A stretch of 64,000 bases of DNA. Origin: Nageia nagi (lineage: Eukaryota > Plantae > Pinophyta). The position numbers and the translations under genes were made by a program. Positions 25,375 through 40,499 of this stretch are shown here, piece after piece. Under the pieces are notes generated by a model. That model had not been told where the DNA came from. It saw nothing but the letters and a program-made list of their open reading frames with translations, and did no database searches. Every line of letters starts with the position of its first letter. Position 1 is the first letter of the stretch. The DNA lies in NCBI GenBank assembly GCA_050084985.1, contig JBITNC010000001.1, positions 165,788,001 through 165,852,000 of the forward strand, given 5' to 3'.

Positions 25375-28300
25375 TTAAAAGAAATACACTATACATGTAT
25401 TTACATTAATGGACATGAAACTAGTGGTTACCCTACTAATGTCTATTTGGTGTATGATTTGAAATGTATATCATTTATTGGAATAAGAAAAATTTGCTTG
25501 TCTAATCTTACAAACTTGAAAGAATTGAATTTTTTGCCTAGTTGTTGATGTAAGGCCCTTACTATAGTGAATCAAACTTCTGATATCTATCAACATTTAT
25601 CTCTATCCTCATCCCACTTGAGCACCAAATCACCTTATTTGAACTTTCAAGTGGTGTCCTTTTTTTCAAACCAAGTGTTACCAATATGAATCCACTTTTT
25701 GAGTTCTTTGTATGAGTCATTTTAGACTTCTTCTAGATGTAGTAATTCATATAATTGGATCTATCTAGTAAATCATATTATTGCATAATCCTTATTACCA
25801 AGAGTTTTATATGTCTAAGTAGTATTGCTCTCTTTTCATAGAATAGGGTATAGGGGGAGTTCTTGAATGAAACCTTTAGCATGATGTAATCTATTCATAA
25901 GGCTAAATCTAGCTTCTTATCCCAATCTCTTTGGTTTTCTTGAATAGTTTTTTTGAGTATCTAGAGTAGGTTCTTATTAGTTGAATTTGCCAAACCTTTC
26001 CCTTGAGGGTAATAGTTCAATGAGATTTTCCAATATATCCCATATTTCATCACAAACTCATTCAATCTTGCTCCAAGGAAATTTAGATCATTGACTAAGA
26101 TAATTACTACATGTATACCAAATTTAGTACTTTTCCATAAAGCTAATAATCACATCTTGATTTGTGCTCTTTGTGGCTACCACTTCAACCCATCTAGTGA
26201 AATAATCTATTTCCTTAAGGATGAACTTATTTTAAAATGAAAAATTTAGGTTTATGACCATAATGAAATCCAACCCCCATTGTTATAAGGGTTCTTCAAT
26301 AGTAACCAATTATAGGGGCATAATTGGCATTCTTCTCTTCCCCATGTACCTTTTGTATTCTTCAAATTCTTTGGTGTCTTGGAAGAAATATTTGATGATG
26401 ATGGCCTACTAGTACCTAGATTACATGATCTTGACTACAATAGTATATTTGGAATAATGATCCTCAAAGGTACCAAAATGGAGTTCCTTGATGATTTGGT
26501 TCAATTATTTTGGTCTAACATACCTTAGGAGGACTCTGATACGACTTTATCGATATAAAATAACATCGATCATTGTATATATATGGGAATGAAACTTGAA
26601 TCTCTACTTCTATGAGGTATTAAGGTATCCCAAGAGTCTCCCTTACTAGAAATATTTATTTAATTGATACATATATCCTCTTCATTCTTCTTTTTTATCA
26701 TCTAGATGTAGTTCTTGTTGGAAAACTAGAGGTCTTATAACTACATAAACTACCAATTGTTGGGACAAAGATCAAATTTTTAAAAGCTTAATAGGAATAA
26801 CCTCATTATTATATCTATTTATCTTTATGATCCACCTAACTCTTCCTTAAATTAGCTCATAAGATATAGTTCCTTACATCTAGATGCACTATGAGTACTA
26901 ACACCTTGCTTTAGAATACCAAAATAATTCAATTTATTGAAGGCCTTCATGACTATGTATAGTTGTTTCTCAATAAAGTTATATCTTTATTTAACATCCC
27001 AAAGCATTTGACCAAATAATGCTACTAGATTTTCATCATGGTCTTCTCCCTTATTAGTGAGGACTATAATGATGCTTTTATTTTCCCTATATGCATAGAG
27101 GATTAATTCCTTACTGAAATTGGGGTTTTTGAGGATCAATTCTCTTATGATTTCCAATTTAATTTGTTCAAAAGATTCCTTCCTTTCTATGGTCTAGTGA
27201 AAGGTGACACCCTTCTTCCTTAATTAAGTGATAGGTCTTATAATTATAGAAAAGTATTTAATGAATCTTATTATGAAATTTACTTGGTTTAGGAATGACT
27301 GCAAGGCTTTCCTGTTAGTAGGTATAGTCAACTAGGATATAGAATTTACTCTTTCTAGATCTATTGACCATCCCTCTTTAGCAATTATATGTCTGAGTAA
27401 TCTCCCTTCATCTATAGCTAAAATAGACTTCTTCAAATTCAAGGAGATTCTAAATTGTTGGGACTTTTGAAATACTTGCCTAAGGTTCTATAAGTGAAAT
27501 TTCATCTTTTGAGAGAATATAATAATATCATCTAGATAGAAAAGGATGGTCTTGTTTACCAATTCCCTAAAAGCATGATCAACTACTCTTTGAAAGGTAG
27601 CTCCAACATTGGATAGGTAAAAAAGATTTCTCTAAAAAGAAAATATTTCCCACTTGGTGGTAAATATAATTTTGTATTGATCCTCATCTTACACCCAAAC
27701 ATGATTGTATCTAAATAAACCATCGATTAGTGAGAAGCACTCAGCTCCTATGATGGTGTGTAGAATCTGCTCCATTAGTGGTAAAGGGTTGTTATCTTTT
27801 AGAGAATCTTTATTTCGGTTATGGAAATCTACACAAAGCCTTAAATCCCCATTTTTCTTCCTTACTAGAACTAGATTTGCTAACCAATTTGAATGTTTAA
27901 TTAGGTAGATGATATTGGTGTTAAAAATATTAAGAACTTCTTGCTTCATAGTGGTTTAAATCAAAGGATTCACTAATCTTTACATTTTTCTAACTAGTAT
28001 GGCATCATATGCTAGGTCAATGGTATGTTGCATCACTCCCTTATCATAGAATTTGAGATTACCATAGGACTAGGCTATGATCTCAAAACATTATTGATAT
28101 AGCTCTATGATCTTCTTGATTTCCTTTGATTTGTTTTATTTTCAAATTTTTATAACCTTTTTAGGGGCTATTTCCATGTCTAGGAAGTTCTTTTATTCTA
28201 TGATAATTCCTCTCTTCCTCAAAACACCTTCTTGATTGAAGATCTTTTCAAAGGAGAGAACTCCTTTAGGTAGTGTATTATTTTATAGGTTTATTATATC

Positions 28301-31300
28301 TTATTTCCTAAATGATTATTCAATAGCCTAGGAATTCCAACATAGGAGTTCTTAAGTAAAAAACTTGTTGATGTGTTGATCATTATTTAACACTTGCCAA
28401 AAAAACTCATTATCTAGGACTGAAGGTTTATGTATTGCTATCACCCCTTTTTTCTTAAAATAGTATTCTATTGGATCAAACTTGGAGCCTTCTAAGTTAA
28501 TGGATTAGCCTCCTAGTTTTTAGACTAGGGCACAACTATGTAGTTGATTGCACAAAAGCTTTTGAATAAATCCTATACTCTATTCTTATACATATTTAAG
28601 TAATGGTATTTGGTTAAACACTTGTTTGTAACTTGATTTTATCACCAATTTAGAGTCTCTGAAGATTTAGATGCATTGTATTCCTATTTTTTTGCTTTCT
28701 CTAATATTAAGTGTAAAGCCTCATATTCAACCATATTATTTATGTAACTCTATGTGAATCAAAATGAAAATTTCTTTATTCCTGATATAGGGGATCTTAG
28801 AATAATTATGACCCCTACTCTAGCCTCAGATTGTGCTTCATCAAAAACAATATCCTAGAATTTGAATCCTCATAGTTGATGCTTTGTAAGGGCTGGTACT
28901 AAAGTATATGATTCAATGATGACATAGTTACTAGGGTCAACCTCTTCTACTAAGTTTAATAAATTCATGGTGTTCTCATATTTAAGGGGTAAATATTTGA
29001 TTAGTCCATATAGCTCTTTCATTCGATAGTATGGCATATTAAGCTAGTTTATTTTCTTGACATAAAAATGTGATGTATAATCATTGAATATTTTCACTCT
29101 TTTATCTTTACATTTAACCTTGATATGTGAGTAATACATAGCTAGATCATCCCCAAGTTTGGTTTTAAATTCTCTAGATAAACATAGGATAAATAAGGGA
29201 GGTAAGTCCACTACGATGATGTCCTAGATCACTAATATTTTTGAATACTTATGTGATTTCATTACTACATCTTTAACTACTCCAATTATTTTTACATTGG
29301 TTCCATCCAACTGTAACACTCCATTTGAAGTCTTTATGCATGCAAGATGCATCATATCTACAATATTCTTTGGTATTAGAGTGGTTGAAGCTTTGAAGTT
29401 AATTAAGCAATTATATGTTATGTGACGCTTAATTTGTAATGATATATAGAGAGCTAAAGATCTGATTTTACCCATCCCCAACAATTTGGCAACCACCTCC
29501 AATTTCTAATATGACCAATCCACCCCTTTGATTGAAGTAACCAATACCACTTTAAGCAAGTTAATTTTCCTAGGGATTTGTAATGCATTGAATAGTAAAT
29601 TTCAATAGGGATTTCATTTTAATTCTTTGAAAATATTATAAGGACTCAAGGTCATGAGCCACCCTTCTTTGTCCATAAATCTCTTCTAATAATAATGAGA
29701 TTTTTCCTCCATATGAGCTTAAGTGAATGATGGGCACCAAAAGCTTCTTGTAGCTTTCATTGTTTCTTTAGCAAGCTATTATCTTTCCTTAATTGTATGG
29801 GTCTCACTATCTCTAATGGTCTTTGAAGCTTTAGATTTAGCTGATTCCTTGACCACCTCCACATATTTTCCTTTTGAGGAAATTTGTGGGTTCCCTTTGG
29901 GATGGGATGATCCTAAAGAGGATATGGGAGTGTATGAGATTTCTTTATAGGATTTCTTAGAGCTCCTTGTATTGATAGAAAGTACACCAACATTAGCTAT
30001 GTTGATATTTATGAAATTTGATTTTGTTGCCTTAGTATTCATGCATTCATATGTCACTCCTCTATTAGCCACCAACTGTGACTAATACTGATATATAACA
30101 TATGATTCTTATACATGAAGGTGATTGCAAGCTATGCACCAATTAGCCCCTTATGTAGCTAGAAAATATGGATATAGGTGTACTTGGTCTTCCTCTTTCT
30201 TCATCAACATCTATTCTTTTATAGCATAAGGTAATTATATATATTTTACTCCATCAAACCTTTGGTTACTTTTTATAGTAGTGAATTAATTAGCCTTGCT
30301 TCGAAGCATGGCCTTAAGCTCATTTATTTTCATTAGCATGGAACTCTTCCCTTGAGATTGAGAATTTACAAGGGGTATGGGAAATGTAAAAGGGAAATTA
30401 GACACAACGAGGACCAACCTGATGCTTAGAGCTAATTGTTGACTTAGTTCTCTTAAGTTTCTAGAATTTTTGATGAATAATTGGGCTATAGGTATCTTTC
30501 CTAAGGGAGGATGAAATGAAGTCAAATGTTGGATTCCTTTTTAAGTGTTACATATGATGTAAAAGGGGATGTGGACCTACTTAGGAGTTTCCTAACAATT
30601 ATAAGTGAGGTTTTAGTTGCTTCTACCACTTAGTATAACTCTACAAATGTTCTTTCCCCACATATTTTAATCTTCAATTCTATGTTAGGTGTAAAGGCTC
30701 ATACAAAACACATATATGTGATAAACATCAAGGATTTACCTAGGCTAAAATTTTACTACATGTATTACCAAATCATATATTGAAATCCATGATTAATTCC
30801 TATAGATACCTTTGGATAGTAGTGAATATTTGAATAACAAATAACAATCTCTAATTTCATCAAACTCCTTAAAGGGTTAAATGATATGTATCCATGAAGT
30901 AATATATTCTTCTAGTAAATACCAATACTACTACAATATCTTTCCCTTCAAGGATAGAGCTAGGAGCCTCACCATTACATTTTCTTTAGTAATGTTGTCT
31001 ATCTTTATTATAGTAATCACATCAAGATAGTTCTTGTAAGCCATTTTTTTGGTACCATCATATTCTGGGAGAGACTTCATAGAATTTGATAGAATAAACA
31101 TCAGATTTATCAGGTTCAAGGGATCATCTATATTCCATTATGGATAGATTAAGATTGGTGCTAATGAAGCAATTATTGCTATTACATTAAACACTAGTAG
31201 CAAAGTTTGAGCAAGGGATATTTCTAGGATGGGGATTTCCATAAAAGATTTAGTCCTTTTGATGGATTTCTTCCCTTTTGAATTACGTTTGTAGAACTTG

Positions 31301-31341
31301 AGAAGATTCTTGCTTGATTTAGCTTGAGATCTTGTAAACAT
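25375..31341 (-). mobile_element. Degenerate Tat gag-pol with domain order GAG-PR-aRH-RT-RH-INT
   Basis: gag LPEYDG...VMVRLLALSLKG (~31100-30930); protease NCLINFKASTTLIP...IVVVDLPPLF (~29470-29150); aRH IVFDEAQSEARVGVIIILRSP...NNMVEYEAL...RDSKLVI (~28860-28450); RT WLANLVLVRKKNGDLRLCVDF...YLDDII (~27950-27300); RH (~27100-26800); INT WGLDFIMVINL (~26280) ending INVNTCIVYFF* at 25375. Confidence 0.88.
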
Positions 31342-31502
31342 GAACTCAATTCAAACTTAGGATAAATTATATTCTAATATTGAGTTATTTTCTAACATTT
31401 TTCTATATATGGATGATCCTTGATCACATAACTAACCTTGTTTTAGTAGATCACTAATAAGACCTACAAGGATCTTATGTTTCTTGAAAATAGGTAGGTT
31501 TG

Positions 31503-33000
31503 GTCCCACTCGGTACACTAGAAAATTTACTATTGATCAAGATTATGTAATATTTCAGTACCTATGTATCACAATCAACCACATTACTAAGGATGAACTA
31601 TTTTTCAAAGCTTAACCTCCAAGTTAAAGGTTGTTGCCTTGTCTATTGGATATTGGTTCAAACTCTCCTCAAGATGAGATCTTCTACATTATCTTATGGA
31701 GGGTAGAGTGCAAAAAAATAAAATAAAAAGAGTAGGGGCCTAGAAAGAGATAAAATACTAGAGTGTAGGAAAGTGAATAAATGAATATCCTTGATAGCAT
31801 GAGATTCCTAAGTGAAAAACTAGAAGGATAATCAAATTAACAACCATAAACAAATATCACCTACATAAGAAATCTTAACAAAATAATACATTAATAGCCA
31901 CTAGTTCAATATTGACCCCTAAGGTCATGAAGCATAAACTAAAGCATACATAATAATTTAAGAACATACATGAGTAAATAAATTAAAAAAGAGAAAATAT
32001 ATCATACTTGTATTCATAAAGAAATTTTAACAACATTGTAGAGGGAAAAAACTTTAATTATATAATCCCTATTACATTCAACCCGCCTGTATTTATGGGC
32101 TTCACTTTATAAAAATCTAAAATTCTAACTACAACTAAAATTTTGCTAACGGTAATCAATCGATTACATTCAAAATAATTATAACTAAATAAAATAGGAT
32201 TTTTTAGAATACTATGGTATCCCCCTTCATGCAATTTGCATGATATAAATTATCAAAATGTCATCTATGAGTATTTTAGTCTCACACTAAATTCATGTTG
32301 AACACAGATGTTGTAACTTAGCTTTTTATTAAACAATCTCCCTAGGATCCTTTTTTGGATGAGTTACCTAAAATCCCAAACCTTTGGTATTTTTGTTGGA
32401 CTACATGCATGCAAACATAAATACTAATTGATGGATCAACTAAACTAATCTACACTAGTGTGGTTCTATTGTTATCAAACTATATATTGAACCTTTGAAA
32501 GGATCATCTCAATGGTTCTATATTCTTGGAAACTATCATTGGGAGGATGATTGGCAGTTCATATACTTGCATGAGATTATCACTTCTTGTATATCTTCAA
32601 CCGATAGTTAGATTTGGGTTAATGATGTCATCCACTTATATGCATCAACTTTAGGCTATTTTTAACAATATTTGATCTCATTGATGTGTTCTTAGTACTT
32701 ATACATTTTTGGTCATCCTCCACTTTCTTTAATTTTGCTGATAGATGATGATTTCCCTACTTAAGTCACTTGCCTTGCTTTCTTGGTATCAAACTCTTTT
32801 AGTGACCCTTTATATCAAGTAGATATCAGTCCTAACACTAGTCTATTTTGGTGATCTCTTCATCCATCAACTACTAACAACCTTGAAGCTGGTATCATCT
32901 CTTTGCATTTCCTAGATTTAGTGTATTTTAGGATTCTATACATCTGGTTGATATAATTCTTAGCCTTGGGATATTTTTGGATTTCATATTTTTTTTGAAT
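31503..33000 (-). mobile_element. Probable degenerate tRNA-Arg PBS (31503-31520) and 5' LTR (from ~31531) of the Tat element
   Basis: GTCCCACTCGGTACACTA resembles the GTCCCACTGGGCGTGCCA-type tRNA-Arg end and sits just upstream of gag. The outer LTR boundary is unresolved. Confidence 0.45.
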
Positions 33001-33706
33001 AACTTTAAACAATTACAAGGCAACTAACTTAGATATTTACATTCTATTTTAAGAACTTCCTGATCTTTTGAAGAAAAAATTGATTATGATATAAAACTTA
33101 TTTACAAAATATATGCAAAAGTATTTTACATATACAGTTACCCTTGGGGAATTGGTTGGGATGGTTAAGATAAAAAATTTGAGAAGTTTGCATCCTTGTT
33201 ACATGATGTGGGAGGGAATGAATGTGGTGACTCCTTTGACTATTTCTTGAGAGTTTGATGACTATGAGAACCTTCCACATCCTTTCATTGATGAAGAATA
33301 TTATTGGTCCTATTAGAGGTACGATGGAGGAGGAATGAAGAACATCGATGTTGTGTATGCAACACTCAAATGATGTGAATTTCATGTATTTTTGTAGATC
33401 CATCTTCTTTTTTACTTCCTTGGGATATAATGGTGAAAAATAATTGATACATATTCATATAATGATTAATATTTCATGATTGATATCTATCATAGTAGTG
33501 ACTAATAAATTACATCCAAAATAGTGTGTGTCATGACTATTATTTCTTTTTTTATATATTTGCACTAGCAAGTTGGTTTTCACAAACAATATTTTTTTTA
33601 CTAAATAATCCCAGTTAGGAACCTATTTTTTAGGAATTACTTGCTTATTTTCTTTAACAAGATAATTTTCTTAAAGAAGTTTTTTTTTGGATTTTTCTTC
33701 TTCTTC

Positions 33707-33707
33707 T

Positions 33708-33742
<35 letters not shown>
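33707..33742. repeat. (CT)n microsatellite
   Basis: Direct observation. Confidence 0.9.
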
Positions 33743-34000
33743 TTAAATCAAATAGTGCTTGCTAAAAATATGGTTTTCAAACATTATCTGCATGTTTTCC
33801 CTAGTAAATTGATTTTTACAAATTGATTTTTTTTTCTTTATTTAATTATTTGAAATAAGGGCATGGGCACTATGTAAATAGGCATATAATGTATATATTG
33901 TGCAAAATTTATAAAACATAGATGAATTAAAAAACATATAATAATGTACAAGTACCTTTTTAGAATGCATCATTGTGTGGTGAGGTACCAAGCAAAGCTA

Positions 34001-36170
34001 CTAAGCATAAAAGTGTTTGAGGTGTCTAGAATTGAAGGATTTTGGATATTCTTTTCAATCCATGGAAAAAAATATATAAGCTCCTATTAGTATTGTATAA
34101 AATACAACATATGGACGCAATGAATTAGGTTCAAAATTTCCTTTAACTTCATCATTCATAACTATCTTGTTAATGTTCTCCTTTAGGACCAAGTCTCCCA
34201 CTTGGAATATTTTTTGCTTAATTTTTTTCTCATATTCCCTCTTGAGATTTTAAAGATACATCTTCTAATGATTTATTACATGGATTCTCTTTTCATCTAA
34301 GGATTATAACTATAGTAACATTACTCATCTTCCTTGTTCATCTAGAATCTATCCATGTAATGAGATTCTTATTGAGGGAATATCTAATTCAAATGGTATA
34401 ATAACTACATAACCATAAACCAAGGAAAATGTTGTTTCTATAGTAGCAATTCTGATAATAGTTCTATATGCCCATAATGCATATGGAATCTTTTCATGCC
34501 AATCTCTCTTAAATCTATTCTATGTCTTGTTAGAAGGTTCATCTTGACCATTACCTTAGGGATAGTAAATAGAAGAAATTTTTTGAGTAATATGAAACTT
34601 CTTACAAAAATCCTTCATTTGATTACATTTGAAATTTGGACCATTATTAATGATTAATTGTTGTTGCATGCCAAATCTTATGATGATAGTTTCAATGAGG
34701 AACTTTATAATATTTTCTTAGAAAATAGAATTCATTGGTAAAACTTCTACCCATTTAGGGGTGAATTATATGGTTGTGATGATGAACTTATACCTTTATT
34801 TGGAATGTGGATTGATCATACCAATTATATCATTGTCCTAAATCATGAATGATCATGGTGTAACTATGGGATTGAGTTCTTATGAAGATATCCTCTCAAG
34901 ATTGAACTATTTATGTTAATGTAAATAGCCTTTAATATCATCTTTGGAATTTTATTCTATGAGTGGATAATAGTATTCAATGAGTAAAATATTTGTATAC
35001 AATACTTTGGAAATGCACTTGCTTAAGAGCCATTTTAGTTTTATGATGCATGAGGCATCTCAAAAGAGCTCTAAAAAATGAACTTTTATGAAACACATCA
35101 CCAATGATAACATACTTAAGGGTTGTTCATTTTATTCTTATTATTTCATTTCTATTAAAATATTAAGGAATTATTTTCTCCTTTAAATAATTATAAATAT
35201 TTGCATACCATGATGGAGTAACACTTTCTCAAGATGTAACATAGTATTTTTCATAGAAATGCTCAATAGAATTACAATCACTATAAGAAGGGATACTTAA
35301 ATTTTTTATTGTAAGAATTTTCTCTTCATCTTCTATCTTAATAGATTCCTAGGATGTTTCACTTTCCATTGCATCTGCATATTTATTATTAGTTTTAGTA
35401 ATATTCTTAATGCTATATTTTCCAAAATGATTGAGTAGATGAGCAACCACTTCTTTGTATGGACATAAGTTTTCATCCTTTATATCTTATATATTATTAA
35501 ATTGATTAATGAAAAGCTATGAATCAATATATATTTTTTAGGTTATTTATTTCAAATACCATAATAATTTTTAGGCCTAGGATCAGTGCCTCATATTCTA
35601 CCATATTATCAATGCATTTGAATCCAAATTTATAAGCCATAAGAATCACATCATTAGAAGGTGAAACAAGTATGATATTTTCCCTACTCCATATGTGCAT
35701 TTTAATCCATAAAAATGTAATATCTAATCCTAAGGCTCATTTTCCATAAAGAAAACATACTCATTAGGGATCTCCCATTGATCACTAAAATGGTGTGGGC
35801 CCCTATTTACACAATGTGTATGTTGTTATGGTGGTTAATACTTCTCATAATCATATGGGAAATATTCATGTATTACTATGTCATCATTCTAGGGCAATTA
35901 ATCTATATGATATGCAATTATATGTCCCTTAAGAAAGTTATTTTTCACCATATTAATATCAAATTCTTGTAATAATATCATCCATTTTTCTACTCTTCTT
36001 GAAAGATGCTACTTAGCCATGAGGTGTTTCAAAGTATTTATAATATTGATAATGTATACGGTATAGTACAAATAATAATGCCTTAACTTTTTAGTAGCAA
36101 AGATAATCCTAAGATAAAGTTTTTCTATGGGAGTATACCTTGTTTCATAGTCCAAAAGAGTTTTGCTAAT
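34001..36170 (-). mobile_element. Ogre/Retand-type pol remnant, order RH-aRH-INT, truncated by an LTR insertion at 36171
   Basis: RH KTLLDYETRYTPIEKL...KKLRHYY (~36170-36070); aRH LHFYGLKCTYGVG...LVSPS...NMVEYEALILGLK (~35725-35570); integrase core and C-terminus GAY...FNSRHLKHFYA* (stop at 34001-34003). Confidence 0.88.
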
Positions 36171-37093
36171 TGTTAATACCTAAAAATGAATTTTAATTTA
36201 ATTAAAATAAAATTTTTAGGTATCTAGAATTAATTATTTGTCTAAGTGATTTATTATTATGTTGAGTATTGTGCACTCTTACTACATGTATGTTTTATGG
36301 AAATAGGTCATCCTGAAGATAAGCCCAAGAAGGTGTCTTTGCATTAGAATTTGATAAGCTCAGGAGGAGCCTTAGCATTAGACCTATTGAATACAAATGA
36401 ATTGAAGGGTTATGCATAATGTATCATGACATAATATGTATCCTTTAAATATGCTAACAAAAATAATCTTAATCGATGTTCTTCAGTGTCACCTATCATT
36501 TTTGGATTTTCTTATACTCAAGCATACTTCATTCCTATAATCATATGATCTATGGTATGTAAATAACCTAAACTTGAAGCATATTTTGAATTAATTATTT
36601 AAGGATCTAAGGGTTTATATAAGTTACATCAACTAATGATGCTCCATTATAGGGGGTGATGCTCCATTGAGGTGTGGTTTGGTGGTCTTGATCATGGGAA
36701 TTGTTCATTGATGACTTCTTTGAGTTAGGTGTGAGCTACAATCTCTATGATATATAAAGTAATAGGTTCATAAGTTGATTTGAATTAATATTTGATAGGT
36801 TAAGGTTAATTTTAAGTAAGCATCTTGAATTATTTTCATATTCACATTAGATTGCTTTAGTCAATAATAGGACTATGATCTTTGTGAATTCCACTATTAT
36901 TGGTTGTAATTAAATACTATAATTAACCCTAATAATTAACTATAGATTAATTATTTTGGTTATAAAGTTTGGTGAGCCTTAATTTTATTTTGAAACATCA
37001 CATTTCCTTTTTCTTCACCAATTATGCTAAAAGCCTTACTATTTTTGGGATTAATATTGTATTTTAAGTATTCAAGAAATGGATGCAACTACA
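36171..37093 (+). repeat. 5' LTR of a plus-strand Tat-like element (right boundary at ~37056 or 37093)
   Basis: Starts abruptly inside the RH frame with TGTTAATACCTAAAAATGA, matching the family LTR start TGTAGATGCCTAAAAATGA, with the same terminal palindrome. Confidence 0.6.
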
Positions 37094-38439
37094 CCTTGTG
37101 CTCAAACTCATCTTGATTGTCATATTACTATACCAAAGAAGAAAAAATCAAAGAGGAATTATGCTAATAAAATACCTATAAGATAAAGTGAATCAATAAA
37201 AAAATTGTATTACCATAAGCAATATGATAGTGCTTTCAAAAAATCGCTACCATTCAGAGGATGAAGATCACATAGAATAAGATGTTAATAAAAATAATTC
37301 AAGTATTAGAATGGAAGATGTGGGATCTCAAAAAATGATAAACTAAATCATGAAGTAACAAATTTATAGGGTGATGGATCAATTTTAACTAGATATTTAT
37401 CACTTTTGAATTATTGGAAACTAATTCTTGATGAGCAATATCACCAATATTTTCTCCAAGCATTGCAAGAGGCACCTATTAACTTTAAGTATTTGGTGAA
37501 AGATACTTTGGATACTAACTTGAGGTTTTTAAAGAAAATAAGAATTATGCAACATAGTACAAATGACATGACCATGATGCCTTATCACCCAAGCTATAAG
37601 TACTTTGACTCACCTAAATAAATAACAGCTTCAAATTTTCAGTTACCTACGATAGATATAGAGTTAGAATAAATGAATCTTAAGGTTCTTGAGCTAAATG
37701 TACCAAGTGTAGATATACTTGCTATTCCATTTCTAAGTGGTGATGCTCCATAGGGTTATGATGCTCCAAATATGTGGGTAGTTTATCCTTTAGAAGAAAA
37801 TCTAAGTTCTATAATTATGGATGAACATTTTGTAGAAGTTATGCAAATATCTATTTCTTCAAAATAGATCATTAGGAATGATGATCCTCAAACATTGAAG
37901 GTTAATGAACAAAAGGAGAAACTAATATTGGGAGATGTATTTTTAGATAAATATGATCAATAATATTATATTAAGGACCTTATCATAAAATATGATCTTA
38001 GTGATGATGATTTAGTTGATATTACAAACACTAGACAAGTTAAAGAAATAAGTATGTAAGATAAATATAATGAGGAGGTAGATAATGCAATTGATTATCA
38101 TTTAAAATGAATACTATTTTGATTGATATGTAATACAAAATATTAAAAATAGAATTAACTCAAATTAGCTATGATATCATTTCAAAACTAGTTTATTTTT
38201 TGATAAATTTGAAATGGTGTATGATTTAGTTAAGAATTTAGAATAAGAAAAATATCATCCATTTAGTTTATTTTAAAAAATGCCTAAAGGAGTTACCATA
38301 TGAATGTTTATGGATAATAAATTTCAACCAACTAATTCATAAGAAAATATTTGTCAATTAATAAAGCAAAAAGACTCCTTGGTAACACTCATTAACAAAT
38401 TAGCACCTATGGTTACATCAGGGATAGAAGCATGTAGCA

Positions 38440-39210
38440 ACAATCCCTTATGCCATTGTATTCATTAATGAGTTACATAAAATAGATAACTTTAACAAAG
38501 TTTTATGGTTATTATGATCCTAGTGAGCATTTAAAAAAATTTCATTTATAAGCTTCTACATTTGAATATGGTAAAGATTTGTTGGCTAGATTTGTTTTGT
38601 TAAGTTTGTGTAATGATGCATTTTTATGGTTTATAAGTTTACCTCATGCAAGTATTGAGAATTTTTATGGTTTAACAAACATATTTTTTGAATGAAATAA
38701 ATTACATGTTCAATAAAAAGTAACAAATCTATACATGTATAAGCTAAAACAAAGAGAAGGTGAATCTATTAATGATTTATAAAGGAAAGGAAGAAGGTAG
38801 TTAATTTAGTACACTTTCCTGATGATGAAAAGAAACATTTTGTCTTTTGTGCTTTACTCCCATCATATAGAAATGATTTTTCAACTTTTTAATATTTTCA
38901 TTATGATGATATGATATAAGAAATGGTTAAAAAATAATCTCTCCATGAATATTTTAACAAACCTTTGGATCATATGAAAACTAAACCTATCTTAAGAACA
39001 AGATTTTAGGAAAAACTAAAGTGACTCAACAACCTACAACATTTGAGGTAAGAATGATGACACAAGTTAGCCATGATCATATTTAAGTAGCAAGTAATAG
39101 ACTCCCTGCAAGATAATACACAATTTTTTTTAATATATTGATGAATTACTTAATGCATTGCTTAATGAAAATTTGATCCAATATCCTCCATATAGAGAAC
39201 CATTGAAGAT
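38440..39210 (+). pseudogene. Retrotransposon gag (PF03732-like) remnant
   Basis: LTKFYGYYDPSEHLKKF...LLARFVLLSLCNDAFLWFISLPHASIENF...LKQREGESI; later ELLNALLNENLIQYPPYREP, similar to NILNVLSKEDLIELPPIIEP of the first element. Confidence 0.85.
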
Positions 39211-39640
39211 TGCTTATTTATGCATTGCTTAATGAACATTTTTATTTCATTGTGTTTGAGTTGTTTTATTTGTAGTTATTTTTTGTATTATTAATCATTG
39301 TTAAATATTTTATTTTTTTTATAAATTTTTATCTTTTTTATGTTACTTTTGGTGTGACATTGCCTCGCCCCAATGATATCACTCCGTTATGATTATTAAT
39401 CATCTAAAAGTTTTAATTTTTGATAATGGGATGTTGGTCCTTCCTATGTTTTTTGTATCCACTTGGTATTCTTATTGACTATTTAAAAGTATTTTTGTGA
39501 TAATATTAATTGTATATTTTTTCTTCCTAAATATTGCATAACACCAATTTTTGGATTTGGCTTTATATATGGTAAGTATTTTTTTTCTATTTTTCATGTT
39601 AGAGAAAACCTAGTGTATAGTTATGACACCCCTTTCTTTT

Positions 39641-39730
39641 TCCTGTTTTGAGCGATGTTGCTCCATTTTGAGTGATAATTCTCTATTTTGAGTGATTACA
39701 CTTCATTTTGAGTGATTTTACTATTTTTCA
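39641..39730 (+). repeat. 20-bp tandem repeat, 4 copies (TTTTGAG(C/T)GAT core)
   Basis: Cores at 39646, 39666, 39686 and 39706. Confidence 0.85.
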
Positions 39731-40499
39731 TGCATGATGAATCTCTAAACATTTATGTGTTTGAGGATTGAGGGTAGCTTGTGAGGTGTTCTCTATTTGT
39801 AAATTAATCTATTATGAGGCTATTTGCTTATAAGTATTTGAATTTGGCTGATTTTTACTTATGATTTAATTTATTTGAATATTTATTTATTTACCTTATT
39901 TATTAAATGGTATTATTCTTATTATTTGAAAATAAGTGATATGTTGTTAATATTATTTCTAGGATAAATTGTTCAATGATTTTATATTTATTTGTTTAAT
40001 GTTACTTGTTTAACATAATTTGCAATTAACAAAAACAATCACATGCATGCATTGAAAAATAAATTTATAGTGGTAAAAAACATAATGAATGCACACACAA
40101 AAAAAAAAACATATATTACATAATATGTCAATATTCCCACCAAGTTGGGAATACTGATACATAATGTGAGCCCTAGATCTACTCCTAGACCTCTCAATAT
40201 ATGCAATCATAGTCACCTATAGTTTCATAATATACATATCCTTCCTCTCAACTATCTACCATATTTTTTGGAGTTCTTGATTATGATATACATGTAAGAG
40301 AGCATATAGGGCCTCTATTTGAAGATCTTAGCTAGTCACCTGTAGTTGAAGTGAAGTAATCTAGGCTTATAGTGTAGCCACATATGTCTATAATGCCCCT
40401 ATCTATGTCTATATAATTGTTAAAAATAATAATGTGATAGTTTATTAGTTATGATTTTGATTTATTATGATATGTATACATGTTGAAATAATAACAAGC

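Noticed and set aside
33098-33403. 101-aa ORF, or a possible PMD C-terminal fragment on the opposite strand
   Set aside because: No diagnostic motif.
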